Below, piece after piece: positions 1 to 11,663 of a stretch of 64,000 nt of DNA. The first letter of the stretch is position 1, and every line of letters begins with the position of its first letter. The notes under the pieces were generated by a model. The model was not told the origin of the DNA. It ran no database searches and saw only the letters and a list, made by a program, of their open reading frames with translations. The translations under genes and the position numbers were made by a program. The DNA comes from Escherichia coli (lineage in GTDB: Bacteria > Pseudomonadota > Gammaproteobacteria > Enterobacterales > Enterobacteriaceae): the NCBI RefSeq assembly GCF_041886205.1, contig NZ_CP169029.1; one strand, 5' to 3'.

Positions 1-4
1 ACAA

Positions 5-2497
5 GTGCAATCGCTGACAGCGAGTTTGCAGGTACTTACTAACGAAGAAAAACAGTTACTTACCGCGCAGCAGCAAGAACAACAATCACTAAACTGGTTA
101 ACGCGTCTGGACGAATTGCAGCAAGAAGCCAGCCGCCGTCAGCAGGCCTTGCAACAGGCGTTAGCCGAAGAAGAAAAAGCGCAACCTCAACTGGCGGCGC
201 TCAGTCTGGCACAACCAGCACGAAATCTTCGTCCGCACTGGGAACGCATCGCAGAACACAGCGCGGCGCTGGCGCATATTCGCCAGCAGATTGAAGAAGT
301 AAATACTCGCTTACAGAGCACAATGGCGCTTCGCGCGAGCATTCGCCACCACGCAGCGAAGCAGTCAGCAGAATTACAGCAGCAGCAACAAAGCCTGAAT
401 ACCTGGTTACAGGAACACGACCGCTTCCGTCAGTGGAACAACGAACTGGCGGGTTGGCGTGCGCAGTTCTCCCAACAAACCAGCGATCGCGAGCATCTGC
501 GGCAATGGCAGCAACAGTTAACCCATGCTGAGCAAAAACTTAATGCGCTTGCGGCGATCACGTTGACGTTAACCGCCGATGAAGTTGCTAGCGCCCTGGC
601 GCAACATTCCGAGCAACGCCCACTGCGTCAGCGCCTGGTCGCGCTGCATGGGCAGATTGTTCCCCAACAAAAACGTCTGGCGCAGTTAATGGTCACTATC
701 CAGAATGTCACTCTGGAACAGACGCAACGTAATGTCGCACTTAACGAAATGCGCCAGCGTTATAAAGAAAAGACGCAGCAACTTGCCGATGTGAAAACCA
801 TTTGCGAGCAGGAAGCGCGCATCAAAACGCTGGAAGCTCAACGTGCACAGTTACAGGCGGGTCAGCCTTGTCCACTTTGTGGCTCCACCAGCCACCCGGC
901 GGTCGAGGCGTATCAGGCGCTGGAGCCGGGCGTTAATCAGGCCCGGCTATTAACGCTGGAAAAAGAAGTGAAAAAGCTCGGCGAAGAAGGTGCGGCGCTG
1001 CGCGGGCAACTGGATGCATTAACGAAGCAGCTTCAGCGCGATGAAAACGAAGCGCAAAGCCTCCGACAAGATGAGCAAGCACTTACTCAACAATGGCAAG
1101 CCGTCACGGCCAGCCTCAATATCACCTTGCAGCCACAGGACGATATTCAACCGTGGCTGGATGCACAAGATGAGCACGAACGCCAGCTGCGGTTACTCAG
1201 CCAACGACATGAATTACAAGGGCAGATTGCCGCGCATAATCAGCAAATTATCCAGTATCAACAGCAAATTGAACAACGCCAGCAGCAGCTCTTAACGGCA
1301 TTGACGGGTTATGCACTGACATTGCCACAGGAAGATGAAGAAGAGAGCTGGTTGGCGACACGTCAGCAAGAAGCGCAGAGCTGGCAGCATCGCCAGAACG
1401 AATTAACCGCGCTGCAAAACCGTATTCATCAGCTGACGCCGATTCTGGAAACGTTGCCGCAAAGTGATGAACTCCCGCACTGCGAAGAAACTGTGGTACT
1501 GGAAAACTGGCGACAGGTACATGAACAATGTCTCGCATTACACAGCCAGCAGCAGACGTTACAGCAACAGGACGTTCTGGCGGCGCAAAGTCTGCAAAAA
1601 GCCCAGGCGCAGTTTGACACCGCGCTACAGGCCAGCGTCTTTGACGATCAGCAGGCGTTCCTTGCGGCGCTAATGGATGAACAAACACTAACGCAACTGG
1701 AACAGCTCAAGCAGAATCTGGAAAACCAGCGCCGTCAGGCGCAAACGCTGGTCACTCAGACAGCAGAAACGCTGGCACAGCATCAGCAACACCGACCTGA
1801 CGGGTTGGCTCTCACTGTGACGGTGGAGCAGATTCAGCAAGAGTTAGCGCAAACTCACCAAAAGTTGCGTGAGAACACCACGAGTCAAGGCGAGATTCGC
1901 CAGCAGCTGAAGCAGGATGCAGATAACCGTCAGCAACAACAAACCTTAATGCAGCAAATTGCTCAAATGACGCAGCAGGTTGAGGACTGGGGATATCTGA
2001 ATTCGCTAATAGGTTCCAAAGAGGGCGATAAATTCCGCAAGTTTGCCCAGGGGCTGACGCTGGATAATTTAGTCCATCTCGCTAATCAGCAACTTACCCG
2101 GCTGCACGGGCGCTATCTGTTACAGCGCAAAGCCAGCGAGGCGCTGGAAGTCGAGGTTGTTGATACCTGGCAGGCAGATGCGGTACGCGATACCCGTACC
2201 CTTTCCGGCGGCGAAAGTTTCCTCGTTAGTCTGGCGCTGGCGCTGGCGCTTTCAGATCTGGTCAGCCATAAAACACGTATTGACTCGCTGTTCCTTGATG
2301 AAGGTTTTGGCACGCTGGATAGCGAAACGCTGGATACCGCCCTTGATGCGCTGGATGCCCTGAACGCCAGTGGCAAAACCATCGGTGTGATTAGCCACGT
2401 TGAAGCGATGAAAGAGCGTATTCCTGTGCAGATCAAAGTGAAGAAGATCAACGGCCTGGGCTACAGCAAACTGGAAAGTACGTTTGCAGTGAAATAA
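5..2497 (+). CDS. sbcC: SbcC, ATP-dependent dsDNA exonuclease subunit (C-terminal ~830 aa; 5' end lies upstream of the window)
   Basis: Long Q/L-rich coiled-coil region with central CPLCG zinc hook, C-terminal LSGGESFLVSLALALALS signature and D-loop (LFLDEGFGTLD); followed by araJ as in E. coli. Confidence 0.93.
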   Translation: MQSLTASLQVLTNEEKQLLTAQQQEQQSLNWLTRLDELQQEASRRQQALQQALAEEEKAQPQLAALSLAQPARNLRPHWERIAEHSAALAHIRQQIEEVNTRLQSTMALRASIRHHAAKQSAELQQQQQSLNTWLQEHDRFRQWNNELAGWRAQFSQQTSDREHLRQWQQQLTHAEQKLNALAAITLTLTADEVASALAQHSEQRPLRQRLVALHGQIVPQQKRLAQLMVTIQNVTLEQTQRNVALNEMRQRYKEKTQQLADVKTICEQEARIKTLEAQRAQLQAGQPCPLCGSTSHPAVEAYQALEPGVNQARLLTLEKEVKKLGEEGAALRGQLDALTKQLQRDENEAQSLRQDEQALTQQWQAVTASLNITLQPQDDIQPWLDAQDEHERQLRLLSQRHELQGQIAAHNQQIIQYQQQIEQRQQQLLTALTGYALTLPQEDEEESWLATRQQEAQSWQHRQNELTALQNRIHQLTPILETLPQSDELPHCEETVVLENWRQVHEQCLALHSQQQTLQQQDVLAAQSLQKAQAQFDTALQASVFDDQQAFLAALMDEQTLTQLEQLKQNLENQRRQAQTLVTQTAETLAQHQQHRPDGLALTVTVEQIQQELAQTHQKLRENTTSQGEIRQQLKQDADNRQQQQTLMQQIAQMTQQVEDWGYLNSLIGSKEGDKFRKFAQGLTLDNLVHLANQQLTRLHGRYLLQRKASEALEVEVVDTWQADAVRDTRTLSGGESFLVSLALALALSDLVSHKTRIDSLFLDEGFGTLDSETLDTALDALDALNASGKTIGVISHVEAMKERIPVQIKVKKINGLGYSKLESTFAVK

Positions 2498-2622
2498 CTA
2501 TTCAGCAGGATAATGAATACAGAGGGGCGAATTATCTCTTGGCCTTGCTGGTCGTTATCCTGCAAGCTATCACTTTATTGGCTACGGTGATTGGTAGCCG
2601 TTCTGGTGGTTGTGATGGTGGT

Positions 2623-3807
2623 ATGAAAAAAGTCATTTTATCTTTGGCTCTGGGCACGTTTGGTTTGGGGATGGCCGAATTTGGCATTATGGGCGTGCTC
2701 ACGGAGCTGGCGCATAACGTAGGAATTTCGATTCCTGCTGCCGGGCATATGATCTCGTATTATGCACTGGGGGTGGTGGTCGGTGCGCCAATCATCGCAC
2801 TCTTTTCCAGCCGCTACTCACTCAAACATATCTTGTTGTTTCTGGTGGCGTTGTGCGTCATTGGCAACGCCATGTTCACGCTCTCTTCGTCTTACCTGAT
2901 GCTCGCCATTGGTCGGCTGGTATCCGGCTTTCCGCATGGCGCATTTTTTGGCGTCGGAGCGATCGTGTTATCAAAAATTATCAAACCCGGAAAAGTCACC
3001 GCCGCCGTGGCGGGGATGGTTTCCGGGATGACAGTCGCCAATTTGCTGGGCATTCCGCTGGGAACGTATTTAAGTCAGGAATTTAGCTGGCGTTACACCT
3101 TTTTATTGATCGCTGTTTTTAATATTGCGGTGATGGCATCGGTCTATTTTTGGGTGCCGGATATTCGCGACGAGGCGAAAGGAAAGCTGCGCGAACAATT
3201 TCACTTTTTGCGCAGCCCAGCCCCGTGGTTAATTTTCGCCGCCACGATGTTTGGCAACGCAGGTGTGTTTGCCTGGTTCAGCTACGTAAAGCCATACATG
3301 ATGTTTATTTCCGGTTTTTCGGAAACGGCGATGACCTTTATTATGATGTTAGTTGGGCTAGGGATGGTGCTGGGAAATATGCTAAGTGGCAGGATTTCAG
3401 GACGTTATTCACCACTGCGCATTGCAGCAGTGACTGACTTTATAATTGTACTGGCACTGCTGATGCTCTTTTTCTGCGGCGGCATGAAAACAACGTCGCT
3501 TATTTTTGCTTTTATTTGTTGCGCGGGATTATTTGCCCTTTCAGCACCTCTGCAAATATTGTTACTGCAAAATGCCAAAGGCGGAGAGTTATTAGGTGCC
3601 GCAGGTGGGCAAATAGCGTTTAACCTCGGTAGCGCCGTCGGCGCATATTGCGGAGGTATGATGCTGACGCTGGGGCTGGCATATAATTACGTGGCGCTGC
3701 CTGCCGCCCTGCTTTCGTTTGCTGCGATGTCATCGTTGCTGCTGTATGGTCGCTATAAGCGCCAGCAAGCGGCGGATAGCCCGGTGCTGGCGAAACCACT
3801 GGGGTAG
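2623..3807 (+). CDS. araJ: MFS transporter AraJ
   Basis: 394-aa polytopic membrane protein starting MKKVILSLALGTFGLGMAEFG; upstream in-frame extension of the track ORF judged not coding; position between sbcC and mak. Confidence 0.9.
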   Translation: MKKVILSLALGTFGLGMAEFGIMGVLTELAHNVGISIPAAGHMISYYALGVVVGAPIIALFSSRYSLKHILLFLVALCVIGNAMFTLSSSYLMLAIGRLVSGFPHGAFFGVGAIVLSKIIKPGKVTAAVAGMVSGMTVANLLGIPLGTYLSQEFSWRYTFLLIAVFNIAVMASVYFWVPDIRDEAKGKLREQFHFLRSPAPWLIFAATMFGNAGVFAWFSYVKPYMMFISGFSETAMTFIMMLVGLGMVLGNMLSGRISGRYSPLRIAAVTDFIIVLALLMLFFCGGMKTTSLIFAFICCAGLFALSAPLQILLLQNAKGGELLGAAGGQIAFNLGSAVGAYCGGMMLTLGLAYNYVALPAALLSFAAMSSLLLYGRYKRQQAADSPVLAKPLG

Positions 3808-3832
3808 ATTACTGTCACGGTGCGCGTTGCTT

Positions 3833-3926
<94 letters not shown>

Positions 3927-3949
3927 GATGCGCCAATTGCCTACGTTTT

Positions 3950-4858
3950 TTACTCTTGTGGCCATAACCACGCAGCGCCGCGTACGCCGCTGGAATCACC
4001 GTGCTTCGCCTTACGCACCGGCGTTTCACATTCGCCGCCGAAGACAAATTGTTTAATCAACTGCGGAACCGTTTGATATAAACGGTCTACATTGCTCATC
4101 CCGCCCCCCAGCACAATCACATCCGGATCGAGAATATTCACGACATGTGCCAGCGATTTTGCCAGCCGCAGCTCGTAGCGACGCAATGCCAGTTCCGCTA
4201 CCGGATCGCTTTCTTCAACCAGGCTGATAATTTCACTGCCTTTCAGCGCATGTCCGCTCAAACGACGATAATCTGTGGCAAATCCCGTGCCCGAAATAAA
4301 GGTTTCAATACAACCTTGTTTACCGCAATAACAAGGGACTTCCTCGCGATAACGCAGTTCGTCTTCGTCCATCCACGGTAGCGGATTGTGTCCCCACTCG
4401 CCTGCCGTGCCATTGCCGCCGATATGCGCCCGCCCATTGAATGCCACGCCCGCGCCGCATCCCGTGCCGATAATCACGGCAAATACCGTCTGTGCTCCCG
4501 CTGCCGCGCCATCTACTGCTTCTGAAACGGCCAGACAGTTGGCGTCATTTGCCAGCCGCACTTCCCGCTGCAACCGCGCGCTTAAGTCTTTATCGAATGG
4601 CTGACCGTTGAGCCAGGTTGAATTGGCATTTTTCACCACGCCGGTGTAAGGCGAAATTGAGCCAGGAATGCCCATACCTACCGTTCCGCGCTGCCCTGTC
4701 GCCTGCTCCGCCATATCAACCAACGTGGCGATCGTTTCAATAGTCTGCCGGTAATCATCACGCGGCGTGGGCAGACGATGGCGGTACAACTGCTCCCCTG
4801 CATCGCCCAGTGCAATCACTTCAGTTTTGGTGCCGCCTAAATCGATACCTATACGCAC
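3950..4858 (-). CDS. mak: Fructokinase/mannokinase Mak (ROK family)
   Basis: ROK-family motifs ([28 protein letters not shown] zinc motif); start trimmed to a GTG giving the 302-aa form (VRIGIDLGG). Confidence 0.88.
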   Translation of the reverse strand: MRIGIDLGGTKTEVIALGDAGEQLYRHRLPTPRDDYRQTIETIATLVDMAEQATGQRGTVGMGIPGSISPYTGVVKNANSTWLNGQPFDKDLSARLQREVRLANDANCLAVSEAVDGAAAGAQTVFAVIIGTGCGAGVAFNGRAHIGGNGTAGEWGHNPLPWMDEDELRYREEVPCYCGKQGCIETFISGTGFATDYRRLSGHALKGSEIISLVEESDPVAELALRRYELRLAKSLAHVVNILDPDVIVLGGGMSNVDRLYQTVPQLIKQFVFGGECETPVRKAKHGDSSGVRGAAWLWPQE

Positions 4859-4982
4859 GGTACTCTCCTTATTTTTTTCAATATCAATAGCGTAGAGACG
4901 GACAACCGGATTGGCAATGCAAGGCCGCCGACAATTCGTTATCATGCCCGCTAAATTTAACGACAAGGCCGTGGAAATTATC

Positions 4983-5894
4983 ATGCTGTGGTTCAAAAAT
5001 TTAATGGTTTACCGTCTTAGCCGCGAGATTTCGCTGCGTGCAGAAGAGATGGAAAAACAGCTAGCCTCGATGGCATTTACCCCATGCGGCAGCCAGGACA
5101 TGGCGAAGATGGGCTGGGTTCCTCCGATGGGATCGCACAGCGATGCGTTAACGCACGTTGCCAATGGTCAAATTGTTATCTGTGCGCGCAAAGAAGAAAA
5201 AATCCTCCCGTCTCCGGTGATTAAACAGGCGCTGGAAGCGAAAATCGCCAAACTGGAAGCGGAACAGGCGCGTAAGCTGAAGAAAACCGAAAAAGATTCG
5301 CTGAAAGACGAAGTGCTGCACTCTCTGTTGCCGCGTGCTTTCAGCCGTTTTAGCCAGACAATGATGTGGATAGACACGGTTAACGGTTTGATTATGGTGG
5401 ACTGCGCCAGTGCCAAAAAAGCGGAAGATACGCTGGCACTGCTGCGTAAAAGCCTGGGGTCGTTACCGGTTGTACCATTGAGCATGGAAAACCCGATTGA
5501 ACTGACGCTGACCGAATGGGTACGTTCCGGTAGTGCGGCACAGGGCTTCCAGCTGCTTGATGAAGCCGAGCTGAAATCGTTGCTGGAAGATGGCGGCGTG
5601 ATCCGCGCGAAGAAACAAGATCTGACCAGCGAAGAGATCACCAATCACATTGAAGCCGGAAAAGTGGTGACTAAACTGGCGCTCGACTGGCAGCAGCGCA
5701 TTCAGTTTGTGATGTGCGACGATGGTTCGCTCAAGCGTCTGAAGTTCTGCGACGAGCTGCGCGATCAAAACGAAGATATCGACCGTGAAGATTTCGCCCA
5801 GCGTTTTGATGCCGATTTCATCCTGATGACTGGTGAACTGGCAGCGTTAATTCAAAACCTGATTGAAGGATTAGGTGGCGAAGCACAACGTTAA
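4983..5894 (+). CDS. rdgC: Recombination-associated protein RdgC
   Basis: 303-aa protein starting [12 protein letters not shown]; conserved position next to mak. Confidence 0.93.
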
Positions 5895-5910
5895 TTGCTG
5901 ATTTTCCTTT

Positions 5911-5965
5911 AATGCCGGATGCGACGCCTGCCGCGTCTTATCCGGCGTACGAAGCCACACCAGGC
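5911..5965. repeat. REP-like palindromic unit downstream of rdgC
   Basis: GCCGGATGCGACGCCTGCCGCGTCTTATCCGGCGTAC. Confidence 0.7.
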
Positions 5966-5971
5966 ATATAA

Positions 5972-6427
5972 TTATTCGCTACGGCGGGCAATAATTTTTA
6001 GCGCAGCAATATTATGCGTTTTACGCCGTAACTGATCTAATCGCCTCATCCCTATTCGCCTGTCAGCAGCACGCAGAATATTCACTAACCCCCATTTATC
6101 GCTGGTAAATTGTTTTGTTAACAGCTCCGCTTTTGGGGTATCAATATATTCACGCAATAAATCAGAAATTGAACAAATATCCGTCAGGTAAGGATACCAG
6201 CAAGTTTCACCGTGAAAATTACGCACTCCACCGTTACCTGCAATAAAGTCTTTCGGGTAATCCCAGATCACGTTTTTATCCAACGTGATCCAATAACGCG
6301 GTAAATCGGTGCTTCCACCATTTTGGCTGCGCATGGGATAACGGGTACAGTGAATTTGCAGGTTGATCGTTGGCGTCAGTAAGTCATAGATCTCCCGCTG
6401 TAACTTGCTCCATGGGCGCTGTGTCAT
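5972..6427 (-). CDS. Hypothetical 151-aa cytoplasmic protein, translationally coupled to the upstream 762-aa gene
   Basis: ATG overlaps the stop of the 6424-8712 gene by 4 nt (ATGA); no signal peptide; AT-rich; no family recognised. Confidence 0.6.
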   Translation of the reverse strand: MTQRPWSKLQREIYDLLTPTINLQIHCTRYPMRSQNGGSTDLPRYWITLDKNVIWDYPKDFIAGNGGVRNFHGETCWYPYLTDICSISDLLREYIDTPKAELLTKQFTSDKWGLVNILRAADRRIGMRRLDQLRRKTHNIAALKIIARRSE

Positions 6428-8712
6428 TGTTTTTCCTCAAGCCGGTGACGCGCTTCACTGCGAATTTTCCGCGTTGCCCCGGTTTTCACTAAATCACGTA
6501 ACAGCGAAAGATCGGGTTGTTCGACAAATAAGAGTAATGATGGATCCTCTTTTAACCACGCCGTTTTCACATCGGCAGCCAGCTGTGGATTATTAATAGC
6601 CAGCGACCGATCCTGAGGCTCAGTCAATGTCGTTAACAACGACGCCGGGGTATGTGCGTTGCGCAATGCCGTTTGGCGCAAATGATCATTGCGACTTTGC
6701 AGCAATGCACGCCACCATTCATCATCTGATTTATCTTTTATCGTAGCCAGTTCCGCAACAATATCGCTATCCTCACTGTTCCAGCGGTGTAATCCTCTTT
6801 CACTTTGCCTACGGGTGCTATTTTTCATACTGACAACAGCCAGCGCCCAGTCAGAGTTGAAGCGATACTGTTGATCGAGTTTGTTGATAATTCCGGTAGG
6901 TAATCCTTTATTATCAAATAATTGGTTACGCATTCGATAGCGGTATTCAGCGGGTAAATAAATCAGTAAATCAATGGCATTATTTAACATCTCTTCGTCA
7001 ACAACACCATTATCAATCAGCGCCAGCTGTACTTCGTAGGCTTGCTCTTGATCTTCTTGCCGTTTGCTCATCATTAAATTTAATGTGCGTTGCCATAACT
7101 GTTTCTTATATTCCAGCGGCAATAATTTATCGCGTGCCAGCTCATTCCAGACGGTAGTAACATCATGCTGAGTCAGTAGATAACTAATCACTTCCGTCGA
7201 TGCCAGATAACGCACACCTTCGCGTAAATTGTGCACATCTTCTTTTGCCAGAGACAGTTGACGCATCTCTGGCAACGCTATCAATAACGCCTTAACGATA
7301 TTTTTATTTTCTTTATTATCCAGATACATTTGTTCTGCGATACGTTCAATATCCTCTGTACGCAGGGTTGCTGACAGTTGGGTAATTTTTAGTTCAGTAA
7401 GCGTCCGGGCTAATGCTTCACGAACTTTCAGTGATTTATCTTTACTCAACTTCACAGCTTGTTGTGCGGTTAAATCTGCTCCGGTAATTCTTTCACGTAA
7501 CTCCGGGTCTTCGTTATTTATCAACTCATCGGTCACTGCAGTCGGAACCAGCCAGGCGTAATCGTAATGGCTGAGTAATGTCTTGCGCACACTGAGAAAG
7601 GGGCTATGACTTAACGACGCAACAATATCAGGAGAAAGATTATCCTGTCTGGCCTGCTCCAGCTGTACGCTCTCTACGGGTACAGACATTAATTTTTTAT
7701 TCACATCGGCGGAAATATTACTGTTTTTAACCAGCCCTCTGGCAACAGCCTCATCTTTAATTAATTCATCGGTAAGCAAATGCATCTGTTGAGCGGGCCA
7801 GGACTGCGCCATCGATTCACGCGTCTGGTCATCGGGGTGCTGTAACAGTTGCAGCATAACGGCGGGTGATAAACTCTCTTTATAGGTCAGAAAACGTGCC
7901 ACCAGTGGATCTTGATGCTTTATTTTATCTGCAGGGAAATTATCGAGTTTACCCGTTTCAATCCATTTTAATTTCTCATTAATTTCAGGAGCGGCTTTAT
8001 CGCGAAAAAGAGGTAAACCCTGAATGATGTTGTCTGCGACGCTATCATAGTCAGGATACGCATTGGAAATATTATCGGTTTCGATTTCAGTGTAATCATA
8101 AAGATCGGCAGTCACCAGTGAATAGGCTTTTTGAATATTCTCATCCCAGTTATATCCTTCACCACTTTCATCTTCATTGATATAAAATTCAGCTTTGATG
8201 ACCTCAAATTGCGTTGCTTTATCGGAAACAATAATGCCTCGCGCGCTAATTCCCTTCATTACTTCAAAGTTATGATCATTGTAATCAGCATAAACTAAAC
8301 CTTTCGCTGTCATCTGTCCTTTGACATACGCGAAATCATGATTAATAAAGTTATCGACAATAACATTACCTAATACAATCAGATGACCATTACCTGACAG
8401 ATAATCATCATAATCGCCGGAAATCGTTAAATTACCGTTCACCACCAGTTTATTTTGATTGCTGAAGTTAGCGGGTAATGATAGGTCACCATTATGATAA
8501 TACCAGCGGATATTATCTTTTAGCATATAAGCAGCTTCCATACTATCGTCGGTTGCCGCTTTAACCACGTTGCGCTCATCTGCCGTCATAAGATGAAAGT
8601 CAGAGGTGATAAGTTCCTCGCTACTGATCCACTCTGTGGCACATGCATTGCCAGTCATAAAAAATACGACCATCCAGATGACCAATATATTAATTCTATT
8701 CATAATCTTCAC
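6424..8712 (-). CDS. Hypothetical secreted/periplasmic repeat protein (762 aa) with N-terminal signal peptide and C-terminal HEAT/LRV-like helical repeats
   Basis: Long uninterrupted ORF; N-terminus [25 protein letters not shown] resembles a Sec signal peptide; Gly/Asn-rich N-terminal segment ([31 protein letters not shown]); repeated helical motifs toward the C-terminus (e.g. [22 protein letters not shown]); AT-rich relative to flanks. Confidence 0.75.
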   Translation of the reverse strand: MKIMNRINILVIWMVVFFMTGNACATEWISSEELITSDFHLMTADERNVVKAATDDSMEAAYMLKDNIRWYYHNGDLSLPANFSNQNKLVVNGNLTISGDYDDYLSGNGHLIVLGNVIVDNFINHDFAYVKGQMTAKGLVYADYNDHNFEVMKGISARGIIVSDKATQFEVIKAEFYINEDESGEGYNWDENIQKAYSLVTADLYDYTEIETDNISNAYPDYDSVADNIIQGLPLFRDKAAPEINEKLKWIETGKLDNFPADKIKHQDPLVARFLTYKESLSPAVMLQLLQHPDDQTRESMAQSWPAQQMHLLTDELIKDEAVARGLVKNSNISADVNKKLMSVPVESVQLEQARQDNLSPDIVASLSHSPFLSVRKTLLSHYDYAWLVPTAVTDELINNEDPELRERITGADLTAQQAVKLSKDKSLKVREALARTLTELKITQLSATLRTEDIERIAEQMYLDNKENKNIVKALLIALPEMRQLSLAKEDVHNLREGVRYLASTEVISYLLTQHDVTTVWNELARDKLLPLEYKKQLWQRTLNLMMSKRQEDQEQAYEVQLALIDNGVVDEEMLNNAIDLLIYLPAEYRYRMRNQLFDNKGLPTGIINKLDQQYRFNSDWALAVVSMKNSTRRQSERGLHRWNSEDSDIVAELATIKDKSDDEWWRALLQSRNDHLRQTALRNAHTPASLLTTLTEPQDRSLAINNPQLAADVKTAWLKEDPSLLLFVEQPDLSLLRDLVKTGATRKIRSEARHRLEEKQ

Positions 8713-8846
8713 TGATATTTATATCAACCTTGATGAATTATGAATATATCGGAAATTGAAAAAATCGCAGCAAAGGAAATATTATTATAGGTTAAAGAGA
8801 GGATATTTCAGAAAAATGCCCTCCCGTTCAAGGGGAAGGCGAGGAA

Positions 8847-9131
8847 TTACAGATAGCGGCACAGATAAGAGGTGGGTTCGGCAACTTGCAGATGAAACTC
8901 GCTGTGACCGGGAACATTAAACACCGAACCGGCTTCATACACTTGCCAGTCGGTCGCGTCAGGCAGTAACACATTCAGCGCGCCACTGATTACCGTCATC
9001 TCTTCCGGCTCAGCGGTGCTGAAGGTGTATTCGCCTTCAACCATAACACCCACGCTGGCGCGACCAGTGCTGCTGCTGGAAAAGCCGATTGATTTCACTT
9101 TGCCGGAAAAGTACTCATTACTTTGAAGCAT
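8847..9131 (-). CDS. ppnP: Pyrimidine/purine nucleoside phosphorylase PpnP (YaiE)
   Basis: 94-aa protein [17 protein letters not shown]...; conserved position next to aroM. Confidence 0.9.
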
Positions 9132-9202
9132 AAACTGGCCCTGTCTGGTAGTTGAACATCTACTTCACTATAGGGGCCAGAGGCGCTGACTGTCACGCAA
9201 AA

Positions 9203-9880
9203 TTACACCAGTAATTCCGCAGCCAGCCGTGCAATCAATACGTTAGACAGCAAGACAGGAACATCGAGCTGTTTTTGCAGTAAATCGCGATGACGTTGGT
9301 GAAATCCTAAACAATCCAGCATGATGACATCAGCCCCTTTTGCCAGTAATTCTTTCCCGGCATCAATGATTTTTTGTTCTGAATCATGAATGGGGTTACC
9401 CAATGAAAATACCGGCGATTTCTGCAAAATTTGCCATTTTTGCGTCTGAACGGGCAGCATCTCCTCAACCGGAACGATAACCCCCACCTGATGATCTTCA
9501 ACAATAGAGGAAACCAGTGGAGGCAATATTCGCGACGGCTCAAGAAAGATCGTATTACGCGCAGTCATACTACTAATGTTTGCTGTACTCATTAATAAAA
9601 TGACGTCATAACCCTGATTATCGAGCACTTCAACCACACCTTGCAGGTCTCGCTCCACTTTACGACGCGAAACATGGGCCAGCTGGTTGTCATTTAATAA
9701 TGTGAGAATGGTGTCTTCGCCTGCTTCTGGCGCGTACTCCGCCATCACTTCTTCACGACTTAACTTCCCCAGCAGGCTATGATGGGAAATATTATCTTCG
9801 TCAATGTATTCCGTCAGGAGCGGCAAAACTTCCTGCATAGGTACAATGCCGATGGTCAGGATCGCCAACGACGCACTCAT
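9203..9880 (-). CDS. aroM: AroM protein
   Basis: 225-aa ORF downstream of yaiA in the aroL-yaiA-aroM arrangement. Confidence 0.88.
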   Translation of the reverse strand: MSASLAILTIGIVPMQEVLPLLTEYIDEDNISHHSLLGKLSREEVMAEYAPEAGEDTILTLLNDNQLAHVSRRKVERDLQGVVEVLDNQGYDVILLMSTANISSMTARNTIFLEPSRILPPLVSSIVEDHQVGVIVPVEEMLPVQTQKWQILQKSPVFSLGNPIHDSEQKIIDAGKELLAKGADVIMLDCLGFHQRHRDLLQKQLDVPVLLSNVLIARLAAELLV

Positions 9881-10137
9881 TGTTCATCCACCTTACTTTT
9901 CTTTCGTCGTTAATTACCGGGCAAGTGTGAAGCACCACTGCTGACACTTACTTGTGCTACAAATGACAAAAAGCGTAGCAGCAGACGTGCACGGCATAAT
10001 GTAAAGATTCCAAATGACTCCAGTAATGGATTGTTATTGTTTAATATTCTAATTATTAGAAAAACATGAATTATGAAAAATGTGACGCAGATCCCTTGTA
10101 GTGGCACTCAGAATCCCTTCCGAGCAGTCTAATGCGG

Positions 10138-10338
<201 letters not shown>

Positions 10339-10378
10339 TTATTTCACGGGATGAACGTTAAGTATAGGCGCTCTAAAA

Positions 10379-10903
10379 TCAACAATTGATCGTCTGTGCC
10401 AGAGCGCTGCGAATTTCAGAAATCACCTGGCTGGGTTCGTTTGTTGCGTCGATGATAATATGCGCGACTTCGCGATATAGCGCATCGCGTTCTTCCAGCA
10501 CTTCCTGAACTTCTTCGCTCAGCGGTTTTCCCGTTAAGGTTGGTCGTAAATCTTCTTCCGGTGCAGCTTGCAGTCGGTTAACCAGGACTGATACTGGCGC
10601 ACACAAATAAACCACGATCCCGTTATTTTGCATGAAGTGACGATTAAATTCCGTCAGAATAATGCCGCCGCCTGTAGCGATAACGGTGGATGGCGCAGTT
10701 ACCGCTTCCAGCGCCGCCGTTTCTCTGGCGCGAAATCCCGCCCACTCTTCCCTTTCGACGATCTCCGCGACCGTCATATTGAGCTGTGATTGCAACCACT
10801 GATCGGTATCGACAAACCGACGGTTAAGCGAATCGGCAAGGGCCATTCCGACCGTTGTTTTACCACAGCCCCGAGGCCCGATCAGAAAAAGAGGTTGTGT
10901 CAT
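10379..10903 (-). CDS. aroL: Shikimate kinase II
   Basis: 174 aa, Walker [12 protein letters not shown], shikimate kinase fold; TyrR/TrpR-like boxes upstream. Confidence 0.95.
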
Positions 10904-10969
10904 CGTGGGTTTTCCCCAATAGGTCGCAATGCGGCGAAAGCCGGTGTCATGAGAATAGCGATCATACCA

Positions 10970-11085
10970 TCAAACTAGTACAATTTCGATTGTAAAGAAA
11001 AAATTCCACTTAAAGTGAAAATCTCAATACATCCCTTACTATACCAATAAATATTCAAGAATGAAGTGTAAATAATAAATTACAT
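10970..11085 (-). promoter_or_regulatory. aroL promoter region with TyrR-box-like and TrpR half-site-like motifs
   Basis: TGTAAATAATAAATTACA (TGTAAA-N6-TTTACA-like) near 11067-11084 and AACTAGTAC near 10973-10981, upstream of the aroL start. Confidence 0.5.
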
Positions 11086-11544
11086 TTAGCCACGACTACG
11101 TTGCACTTCCAACCACCACTTCTCCAGCTCCGCGGCAAAGGCCTGGCGGTCACGTTGTGAAAGGCTATCTGGTCCGCCGGTCTGGATCCCACTGGCACGT
11201 AAGGTATCCATAAAATCGCGCATCGTTAGGCGCTCACGAATGGTCGCTGGCGTGTAACGTTCACCGCGCGGATTAATCGCCGCAGCGCCTTTCTCGATGG
11301 CTTCAGCAGCCAAAGGTATATCTGCGGTGATCACCAAATCGCCCGCTTCACACTGCCGGACAATTTCGTTATCGGCAACGTCGAAACCTGCCGCGACGCG
11401 CAGCGTACGAATAAATCGCGATGGCGGCACGCGTAAACTCTGGTTTGCTACCAGTACCAGCGGCATCTGCATACGTTCCGCCGCGCGATACAAAATCTCT
11501 TTAATTACATTGGGACACGCGTCGGCATCCACCCAAATTGTCAT
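11086..11544 (-). CDS. yaiI: UPF0178 family protein YaiI
   Basis: 152-aa form starting [12 protein letters not shown]; the longer track ORF would overlap the proC start region. Confidence 0.85.
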   Translation of the reverse strand: MTIWVDADACPNVIKEILYRAAERMQMPLVLVANQSLRVPPSRFIRTLRVAAGFDVADNEIVRQCEAGDLVITADIPLAAEAIEKGAAAINPRGERYTPATIRERLTMRDFMDTLRASGIQTGGPDSLSQRDRQAFAAELEKWWLEVQRSRG

Positions 11545-11663
11545 AAAGTCATCCTTTGTTGGGTAATCCTCTATTGTGTCGCGCTTTTGCCTTCCGGCAT
11601 AGTTCTGTTTATGCTTCTGCCAGCGATTATCAAAACAATGAATTTCACGGCAGGAGTGAGGCA

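Noticed and set aside
1248-1688. 146-aa minus-strand ORF inside sbcC
   Set aside because: Antisense within the sbcC coiled-coil region; Ala/Pro/Arg-rich reverse-frame artefact.
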